Assembly (NCBI GenBank): GCA_963718615.1
Contig: OY970368.1
Coordinates: 3,968,001-4,032,000 of the forward strand
Source of the DNA: an uncultured cyanobacterium
GTDB taxonomy: Bacteria > Cyanobacteriota > Cyanobacteriia > PCC-9006 > JAAUQQ01
DNA length: 64,000 nucleotides
Direction: 5' to 3'
Of the stretch, positions 51,577 through 59,100 are shown piece after piece. Each line of letters opens with the position of its first letter. Position 1 is the first letter of the stretch. Both the position numbers and the translations under genes were made by a program. A model generated the notes under the pieces. It had not been told where the DNA came from. It saw only the letters and a program-made list of their open reading frames with translations, and did no database searches.

Positions 51577-52941
51577 TCAAAAGTCTTGTCGCTGGCTAAA
51601 TTTCACTTTCAGTCCGTCCCGTGGTTTGGGGGTTGGGACAATCATGAGACTCAAGTCTTGATTGGGCAACAGGGTCCATTGATACTCCCGCAGCAGTCTT
51701 ACGGCGAAGAGTTTCATTTCCAGGCGAGCGAATTCTTTGCCGAGGCATTCCCGCAGGCCGCCGCCAAAGGGTAAATGGCTGAAGGGTTTGACTTTTTCTT
51801 CGGCGCGATCGGGACTAAAGCGATCGGGGTCAAAGGTTTCGGGGTTGGGAAAGACTTCGCTGTCGTTATGGGTGGAATTGATTTGGTAGAGCGCAGACCA
51901 GCCCTTGGGAATGCGAAAGCCGCCGTACTCGCAGTCTTGTAGCACTTCCCGAAAGCCACCGCCGACCGGAGGAATCACCCGCATGACTTCTTTAATCACT
52001 TGATCGAGATAGGTCATTTGCTTGAGTAAATCCAGGGTGATAGGTTGTCCAGTAAACTGTTGTTGTTCAGCACGGGCTTTGGCGAGGACATCGGGATTTT
52101 GGGCGGTGAGGAGGCAGAAGCTGGCGATCGCCGAGGTCAAGGTCTCATGGCCTGCAAATAGCAACAACAACACTTGATCTTTCAACTCTTCGAGGCTCAA
52201 TTGTTCGCCCGTTTCTTCATCACGGGCGTTGAGTAGAATATCAAGGGCGTCGGTTTCAGGGCGATTGGGGGGTTGGGCTGGAGCTTGAGATAAGCAGGTT
52301 TGGCGATCGCGAATCAGCCGTTCGAGCTCCGCTAACAACCCCTTGCGATTGCGCCAAGCTTTGCCAAAAGCAGTCCAAGGCAAATTGACGGGAATCGTAA
52401 ACAGACCCGCACACCAGGTTTCAAACAATTCGCCCAGGCGGGTTTCGGCTCCATTGTCCAGTCCGATCAGCAACTTACAGGCAATATCCAGAGTGTAGTT
52501 GCGTAGCTCTGGGTACCAGGTGAGTTCGCCTAGGTTGAGCCAGCGTTGGCAGTAGCGATCGCTAATCGCCTCCATCGCCGGAATGTAGCCATCCAAGGCA
52601 CGGGGCTGAAAAGCCTGGAACATCAATTTGCGACGGGCCATGTGGGTGTGGCCGGACTGGAGGGCGAGGGAGAGGGGACCGAGGAGTTTTTTGACGCTGG
52701 GGGGCCAACTGACGCGGAAGTATTCGTTTTCGTGGGTGAGGATGAAGCGATTGCCGTCGGGGCCTTTGATGAAGATGGTGGGGCTACCGAGGAGGCGGGT
52801 TTTGAAGACGGGGCCGTGTTGGGCGTGGCGTTTGCTGGCGAAGCTGGGGTCGGTGAAGAAGGCGAGGGTTTCGCCGAGGAGGGGGAGGCCGAAGTTGCCG
52901 GGGGGGAGGGGTTGGGAGGTGGTAGATGGGGTGGGGGTCAT
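51577..52941 (-). CDS. Cytochrome P450 (CYP120-like)
   Basis: LPPG..GLP..GET, FAGHET, EVMR (ExxR), PDRF, FGGGLRECLG. Confidence 0.93.
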   Translation of the reverse strand: MTPTPSTTSQPLPPGNFGLPLLGETLAFFTDPSFASKRHAQHGPVFKTRLLGSPTIFIKGPDGNRFILTHENEYFRVSWPPSVKKLLGPLSLALQSGHTHMARRKLMFQAFQPRALDGYIPAMEAISDRYCQRWLNLGELTWYPELRNYTLDIACKLLIGLDNGAETRLGELFETWCAGLFTIPVNLPWTAFGKAWRNRKGLLAELERLIRDRQTCLSQAPAQPPNRPETDALDILLNARDEETGEQLSLEELKDQVLLLLFAGHETLTSAIASFCLLTAQNPDVLAKARAEQQQFTGQPITLDLLKQMTYLDQVIKEVMRVIPPVGGGFREVLQDCEYGGFRIPKGWSALYQINSTHNDSEVFPNPETFDPDRFSPDRAEEKVKPFSHLPFGGGLRECLGKEFARLEMKLFAVRLLREYQWTLLPNQDLSLMIVPTPKPRDGLKVKFSQRQDF

Positions 52942-53126
52942 GGCGATCGCGACGGTTTGCTTTTTTATTTTTATAAAGTAGCGCGATCGGGGACGAACGC
53001 CCTCGACGCTGTTTAAGCTCAACGCATCACGTCTTCCTACTCTAGGCTAGATTAGACCCAAAACTCTGATGTCACTGACCCAGCACTATCACCCTCTGCT
53101 TTTGGCGGGGAATTGGAGAAAAGTCC

Positions 53127-53408
53127 ATGCAGTATGTCTTAATCATTCATGAAGTGGAAGCCTACGCCGCCTGGAAAAAAGTTTTTGATGGTGCTGCGAA
53201 TTTAAGAAAAGCAGCAGGTGAGTGTTCTTACCAAGTGCTTACATATGAGAACGAACCGAACAGAATTGTTCACTTCTCTGCCTGGACCTCCACAAGTGCC
53301 GCAAGAAGATTTTTTGAATCGCCAGAGTTGGTGCAAATTCGGGCCGCAGCCGGAGTTAAAGCGCCCGAATTTATCTATCTCGATTTGCTAGATTCTGGTG
53401 TGCTGTAG
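53127..53408 (+). CDS. Small dimeric alpha/beta-barrel protein (ABM/cyclase-like)
   Basis: HEVEAYAAWKKVFD...RKAAG...FFESPEL...AGV..PEF; GGAG RBS. Confidence 0.8.
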   Translation: MQYVLIIHEVEAYAAWKKVFDGAANLRKAAGECSYQVLTYENEPNRIVHFSAWTSTSAARRFFESPELVQIRAAAGVKAPEFIYLDLLDSGVL

Positions 53409-53426
53409 CGATCGCCCCACCCCCAA

Positions 53427-53987
53427 TCACCGCCGCACCCGTAACCACCCAAACACTTGGTCTACCGTCAACTCCAACGCCAAACCCTCCAAAACCGGCA
53501 ACTCTTGCTCCCCGCGCAACAGTACAGGTTCCCGCCCAGGCCGAAACACCAACACCGAATAATCATCTGGATCCAACAGCCAGCCCAACCGACATCCATG
53601 GCCCAAACAGTGAAGAATATTATCAATCACCCGCGTTGCCTTTTGGTCCGGCGATAAAATCTCAATCGTCCAATCCGGAGCCGCCATAAAATTATCCTCC
53701 GGCTCACCCAAATCATTCACCGGAATCCGCTCCCAGGCCACGATCGCCACATCCGGCACCACAGAACGCCCCCCAAACGTACAACGCAACTCCGGCAAAG
53801 CGGTATAAACCTCACCCGCAGCATCAACAACCCGAAGCAGATGCTTTTGGAGAATAGAGTGACGGGTTTTCGGCATCGGTTTTTGTAATATCTGACCATC
53901 AATATATTCCCAAGCCGGAGACGCTTCAATCTGGGGTAAAGCCAGAAAGTCTTCAAGGCTTAGGCGTTGCACCGAAGACAGGGTCAT
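53427..53987 (-). CDS. Uma2 family endonuclease-like protein
   Basis: EYIDG...KPMP...HS, PELRCTFGGRS.VPD, PDW.IEILSPDQ. Confidence 0.92.
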   Translation of the reverse strand: MTLSSVQRLSLEDFLALPQIEASPAWEYIDGQILQKPMPKTRHSILQKHLLRVVDAAGEVYTALPELRCTFGGRSVVPDVAIVAWERIPVNDLGEPEDNFMAAPDWTIEILSPDQKATRVIDNILHCLGHGCRLGWLLDPDDYSVLVFRPGREPVLLRGEQELPVLEGLALELTVDQVFGWLRVRR

Positions 53988-54092
53988 GGGATCAGGCTAA
54001 CCGACGTAGCCGAGGAACGGACACCTGTCAGTATAATCGATCCTTCAGAACTACAATTTACCTTCTGCTTGATGTGGCCACAACTGGTTTGC

Positions 54093-54776
54093 CTAGGACA
54101 CCGCGCTCAGCCAAGGCAACGGCAACGATTCCGCTGGTACAATCTGCCCCCAGGGATTAAAGTCGTAGGCCTGAACCTGCCCCGTGCCGAAATCAATCAA
54201 TACAAAACCGGGTTCATGCTCTTTTTTGAGCGTTCCCCCGTTGATCACAATGAGTTCTCCCCACTGACCAACGGCTTTGACCATGCGGTAATGACTATGA
54301 CCATTGAGCAAATAACGATAGCGATCGCCCTGAAGCACCCCCTGAAGTTCTGGATTCGCCTGCCCATGGCTAAGACTATCCTCCGGCAAGACCTTTCCCA
54401 TGTCATGATCTCCCACCCCATGGCAGAGCAAGGCACACCCTTGGGGCGTCATTAGCTCTCGCGTGACGGGCAGTTGCCGTAAAAACCGCTGGGCGATCGC
54501 CGATAGCTGGGTAAACTCTGTACATTCCGGTCGATTGCGTAACTCCCCCGCGATGCACCAGCGGTCATGATTTCCCGCCACCGTCAAAACCTGATGATCG
54601 ATCAACAACTTACAGCAGCGCTCCAGATCTCCAAATCCATCCGTCAGGTCGCCCGTGCAGCAAAGCGTATCGGCTCCTTGGGCAAGGAGAAAGGCGATCG
54701 CCCGCTCCAGCAAAACCGCTTCTGCATGCACATCCCCAATCAGCCCCACTCGTCTTACCTTACGTCGCATCTCCAT
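54093..54776 (-). CDS. Calcineurin-like metallophosphoesterase
   Basis: GDVH, GDLTD, GNHD, CHG, GHSH. Confidence 0.9.
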   Translation of the reverse strand: MEMRRKVRRVGLIGDVHAEAVLLERAIAFLLAQGADTLCCTGDLTDGFGDLERCCKLLIDHQVLTVAGNHDRWCIAGELRNRPECTEFTQLSAIAQRFLRQLPVTRELMTPQGCALLCHGVGDHDMGKVLPEDSLSHGQANPELQGVLQGDRYRYLLNGHSHYRMVKAVGQWGELIVINGGTLKKEHEPGFVLIDFGTGQVQAYDFNPWGQIVPAESLPLPWLSAVS

Positions 54777-54879
54777 ACCCTAGCCTACCCTGTCTCGGAC
54801 CTAACGGAACTAACCACAATACTGATTAAGAAAGCGCAAAAGGTGAAAAAAAGATACGGATTCTAACCCATCAATTCCC

Positions 54880-55770
54880 TCAATTTGAATCCCCATGGAG
54901 TTGGTACTCATCCCAGTAACAGACGGGTTCATAGCCGATCATCTGATAAATGTGATTCGACGTTAAATTGGCAAGCTCGGTGAATAAATAACAGACCTGG
55001 CAACCTTGATCCAGCAAATGATTGCTGAGGGCTGCAACGGCGGCGGCGGCGTAGCCGCGTCTTCGCTGCTCGGGCGGCGTATAGACCGGGCCGATACGAC
55101 CCTTGTTGGACCAAAACGCATTCCCCCCCACCAAGCAGACCGGCTGAGGCGTTGCCCTTGAGCCGATGTCCCAGAGAAACAAATGCCCCTGGGCCAACTG
55201 GTGGTCTGCCCAAATGGCCGAATCCCCCTGTAATCCCCCAAACACCTCCTGCTCAAAGGCTTGGCTCCAGTGGATAAGCAATGGGCGATCGCCCGCCACG
55301 GCCTGCCGCAATTTCCCCTCTGGCTGCGGGATCGACCGTACTTGCTGGAGCTGATGGATGCCCATGGCAAGCTTGATTTGATAGTTCAGTCCCGTCCAGC
55401 GCCCCATGGCCCGCGCAAAACAAGCCGCCTCCGCCTGGGGACCACTAAAACTAGGCAGGGTTTTCCCTAAGGGAACGGCTGCTTTGCTCCAGTGAGTTTT
55501 GATGTGATGGGCGATCGCGTCAATGCCATGGCGATGACGGGCACGGGAGAGCATCAGCGGTCGAGCGGCGGTTTGGATGGCGATCGCCTGCACCTCCCCA
55601 TCGGCTTCTACGGTGATCAACACGGGAGCCGATCGCTGAATACCGGGTAAGGGATGGCGCAACTGCTCGATCACAGCCAAAATTAGATTGTGTGCCGCAG
55701 GCTGAGCTTCCAAAAAGGGCAATACCCGTTCGGCAAAGGACTGGATCTCTTGGGTTTGTTGGATCTTCAT
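54880..55770 (-). CDS. GNAT family N-acetyltransferase
   Basis: RIGPVYTPPEQRRRGYA, LFTELANLTSNHIYQ.IGY; ATG 55770. Confidence 0.9.
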   Translation of the reverse strand: MKIQQTQEIQSFAERVLPFLEAQPAAHNLILAVIEQLRHPLPGIQRSAPVLITVEADGEVQAIAIQTAARPLMLSRARHRHGIDAIAHHIKTHWSKAAVPLGKTLPSFSGPQAEAACFARAMGRWTGLNYQIKLAMGIHQLQQVRSIPQPEGKLRQAVAGDRPLLIHWSQAFEQEVFGGLQGDSAIWADHQLAQGHLFLWDIGSRATPQPVCLVGGNAFWSNKGRIGPVYTPPEQRRRGYAAAAVAALSNHLLDQGCQVCYLFTELANLTSNHIYQMIGYEPVCYWDEYQLHGDSN

Positions 55771-55805
55771 ACTTTGACTCAAACATTGCATGCAAAAATA
55801 GGGCA

Positions 55806-56420
55806 ATGAATCGAACGCTGTTTGGCTCCCTGGAACTGTTGTGTGCTATAGGATTATGCCTTGGAGGAGGGGCGATCGCCTTTCCTCAGGCTAGCCTAGC
55901 TCAACCGCTGCACTTGGCCCAAGCCGCCCCTAGCACCAGTCCGCCGTCGATTTGGAAGCTATTTCGGCCAGTGGGTGGGGGCTTTTCCGTGCTGATGCCG
56001 GGGGAGCCGGTGCCCATGGGGGCTTCGTTCCAGGTCCAAACGGTGCCTCTGACGCTGCGACAGTTTGTGGCGGCTCAGCAAGACGACCAGGTGATTTATA
56101 TGGCGGGCTGGCTGGATTTACCCGGCGATCGCCTAGAGGGACCAACGGTGGCGTCCTCCCTCGACAGCGTGCGGGAAGGGTTTCGATCGCGGCTGAAGGG
56201 ATCCGTAGTCCAAGAGTTCGATTTGCAACTGGAAGGCAATCCCGGTCGTCATTTTAAGCTGGAGGCATTGGTGGGCGATCGCCCCTACAGTATCACCCAG
56301 CGGGTCTATCTCAAGGGAAACCGTTTATACCAAGTTACGGCGATGGTCCCCCAGACCCTGGAGAGCAATCTGGTCCAAAGTGTTTCGGGATTTCTACAGT
56401 CGTTTCGGTTTGTACCCTAG
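55806..56420 (+). CDS. Secreted hypothetical protein (PsbP-like fold possible)
   Basis: Signal peptide from ATG 55806; W..F....GGFSVLMPG.P, GNRLYQV, FLQSFRF. Confidence 0.75.
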   Translation: MNRTLFGSLELLCAIGLCLGGGAIAFPQASLAQPLHLAQAAPSTSPPSIWKLFRPVGGGFSVLMPGEPVPMGASFQVQTVPLTLRQFVAAQQDDQVIYMAGWLDLPGDRLEGPTVASSLDSVREGFRSRLKGSVVQEFDLQLEGNPGRHFKLEALVGDRPYSITQRVYLKGNRLYQVTAMVPQTLESNLVQSVSGFLQSFRFVP

Positions 56421-56432
56421 TTAGCTTGTACC

Positions 56433-57596
56433 CTAGTTAGCTTGTACTTTAGGCATCGCCCCCCGCTGGGATTGGAGCGTAAAGTAAAAAGTACTGCCTT
56501 TACCGGGACAACTCTCCGCCCAAATCTTGCCGCTGTGGCGGTGAATAATGCGCTGAACGATGGCGAGTCCGACCCCATTGCCTTCGTATTGCTGATGGTG
56601 ATGCAACCGCTGAAAAGGCACAAAGAGCTGACTGGCGTCCTCAGGATCAAAGCCAATGCCATTATCCCGGACAAAATAAATAGGCTCGGTGACAGGGACT
56701 ATCGGTTGATGAGGCAACACTTGCAATTCTGGTAAACGTCCCAGTTCAATCCGCGTTGATGGAGACCAGCGGGTATATTTCCAGGCATTGCCCAGAAGAT
56801 TGTCTAGCACCATCTCAAGCTGACGCTCATCGCCCTCTACCCAGAGATTGGGGGCGATCGCGAAGGTTGCTTCACGCTCCGGTTGAGTGAGCTGTAGATA
56901 TTCTGCAATGGCAGTAGCGCATTGGCTCAGATTGACCCGCACCGGCCTAAAGGGTCGGTAGCGCACCCGCGAGAGTTGCAACAGGTCTTCCACCAGGGTT
57001 TTCATCCGCTGGGCAGCGGTTCGCAACAGCTTCAGATAGGACCGTCCGGAACCGTCGAGGTCGGGGTCAAATTGCTCCAGGATCAGCTTGCTATATTTCT
57101 CGATGTGGCGCGAATAGCCCCACAGATCATGGGAAACCGTCTGGCAGAAGGCTTCCATTTCCTGGTTCATCAGTTCTAGCTCGTGGGTGCGCACCTCAAG
57201 CTCCTGCTGACGCAGGTTCCGCTCGGTGATGTCGCGCAGGGAGACCAGATAGGATGGCTCTCCCTCCCAGTCCACCGGGACGACGCGCATTTCTGCAACA
57301 TAGGGCGGTAGCTCTGAGGCTCGTTCTGCGAGCTGTTGCGAAGATCGTTCTGATGATTTTTCTGATGACTTTTCTGGCGGTCGCTGAATGCGAACCTCTG
57401 TTTTATCCTTGCCCACGATGGGATAGCCAAATATTCGCCCACAAAGCTCCTCGACGGAACGGTTGAACAGTGCCGCTGCGGCAGGATTAGCAAAGGAGAT
57501 GCGACCTTCCTGATTAACGACCAAAATTCCATCAGCGTTATGAGCAACTAGCGTCCAGAGCAGTTCCTCACCAGGTCGCCAGACTCGCTGAGTCAT
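56433..57596 (-). CDS. PAS-domain sensor histidine kinase
   Basis: PAS (ANPAA, RDIT), H-box SHDL, NLLGNAWKY, VRDNGIGF, GNGVGL. Confidence 0.92.
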   Translation of the reverse strand: MTQRVWRPGEELLWTLVAHNADGILVVNQEGRISFANPAAAALFNRSVEELCGRIFGYPIVGKDKTEVRIQRPPEKSSEKSSERSSQQLAERASELPPYVAEMRVVPVDWEGEPSYLVSLRDITERNLRQQELEVRTHELELMNQEMEAFCQTVSHDLWGYSRHIEKYSKLILEQFDPDLDGSGRSYLKLLRTAAQRMKTLVEDLLQLSRVRYRPFRPVRVNLSQCATAIAEYLQLTQPEREATFAIAPNLWVEGDERQLEMVLDNLLGNAWKYTRWSPSTRIELGRLPELQVLPHQPIVPVTEPIYFVRDNGIGFDPEDASQLFVPFQRLHHHQQYEGNGVGLAIVQRIIHRHSGKIWAESCPGKGSTFYFTLQSQRGAMPKVQAN

Positions 57597-57710
57597 AGGG
57601 AGCAATAGGAGGTAGGGTTGAGCAAAACGGGGTTAGCTGAGCTTGACTCTACTCTACCTGGTTTCCGCCCGGAAAACAGCCTGGGGGCTGGGCCTGCTTT
57701 AGCTGGAGGA

Positions 57711-58007
57711 TTAGCTGGAGGATTTACCGTTGGTACCGTTGAGGTATTGTTCTGGGGCGATCGCCCCCAGATCAGACAAATCCCCCACCATTCGTTGGGG
57801 CGGCAGCGGCAACTCCCGCAGCAGGGTCGGCGTTAGTAAAATGCCTTCGGCTTCTGCAAGCTCCGGTTCTTCTAAAACATCAATAATCGTCAGCTGATAA
57901 CGGCCAGGTAATTGCTGCTCGCAATAGCGAATGACATTCTCTAGGGCTCTTTGATCCGCAACCGAATCACTGGAAATGAACAATCTGAAGGAGTAATTTT
58001 GAGCCAT
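57711..58007 (-). CDS. KaiB-like protein (orphan)
   Basis: Y.L.IIDVLEEPELAE...ILLTPTL.RELP.P..R.VGDLSD. Confidence 0.9.
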   Translation of the reverse strand: MAQNYSFRLFISSDSVADQRALENVIRYCEQQLPGRYQLTIIDVLEEPELAEAEGILLTPTLLRELPLPPQRMVGDLSDLGAIAPEQYLNGTNGKSSS

Positions 58008-58635
58008 AAATCATCTATGAATTGAGCTTGATCTGGGATAAGTTCTCACCTAAGTTGAAAAGCTCCTTTAAAAGCTCCTTCGATGAATTGAATCTCCCAG
58101 TCGCTATGTTGATCTTTTTTATTGCTGTTGATTTAGCAAATGGTCTAGCAGATCTAGCAGACTTGGCCAAGACACTGGCTATAAAGGTCTCTTTTGACCA
58201 AGAGAGCGTTCTTTACAAAAGTAAAGGACTTGTTTAGGGCTGCACCTAAAACTATATTAAGACTTTGGGATCAGGGGTTCTTGGGCTCTATTTAGGGTCG
58301 ATAGCTTGCTAAAATGGAGCGTTAAATCTTAAGAAAAATAAAAGTATTTGTGCAAAGACGATCGCATTGTACTTTTCGATTTTGCGAGAAAATGGCGATC
58401 GAGAAATTCTCGTTTCTGGAGTCTATATAAAATCCTGATACTTGCAATAAGTTCTACTAGATTTTTAGGGAATGATACCGTTCTCGAAAAAATGGGCAGT
58501 ATAAGGGTTCAGATAGAAACGCCCCATCTCGCTGAACTAGTCTCTCCTTTTATTCATCCTGCAATGTCTGATGCCCTCTTGGATCTTCTGGCTCCCACCC
58601 GAGCGCAACACCTCTAGATAGATCCAACTCCCACT

Positions 58636-59100
58636 ATGCGGTCATCTCAGCAACTCCAGGAACGCATCGTTACGTTTCTTCAGCAGTATGCAGCAGGCAC
58701 TCGCGTTTTTACGCGGGTGGTCATGCGCAATAATCAACCTGTGGTCTCAGGCCCTAATCTGGAGGGGGCGAACCTGAGCGGAACGCACCTGGCTAATATT
58801 GTGCTCAATGGTGCTTATTTACCTCAGACCAATTTTAGTTGGGCGAACCTTCAGGGGGCAGATTTAAGTGAAACCAACCTGGATTCTGGTAACTTTTGGC
58901 ACGCGAAGTTAATTGAAGCCAAGCTCAAGGGAGCCAAGCTCAGTCAAGCGTTTTTAGTCGGGGCAGACCTGACGGGAGCGCACTTGGCCGGAGCGGACCT
59001 GAGCTATGCCAATCTCAAGGACGCAATTCTCAACGGCACCAATTTGGACGGTGCAGTCCTGACCCAAACGGTGATGCCGGATGGGTCAGTGCACGATTAA
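58636..59100 (+). CDS. Pentapeptide repeat protein
   Basis: FLQQYAAGTR.F N-cap, A(N/D)L repeats, MPDG..H tail. Confidence 0.9.
   Translation: MRSSQQLQERIVTFLQQYAAGTRVFTRVVMRNNQPVVSGPNLEGANLSGTHLANIVLNGAYLPQTNFSWANLQGADLSETNLDSGNFWHAKLIEAKLKGAKLSQAFLVGADLTGAHLAGADLSYANLKDAILNGTNLDGAVLTQTVMPDGSVHD

Noticed and set aside
53127-53420. ABM-like gene as an integron cassette
   Set aside because: No attC-like inverted repeat or integrase seen
58022-58617. Two short + strand ORFs upstream of the pentapeptide gene
   Set aside because: TTG starts, no RBS or motifs, and located in an AT-rich divergent promoter region
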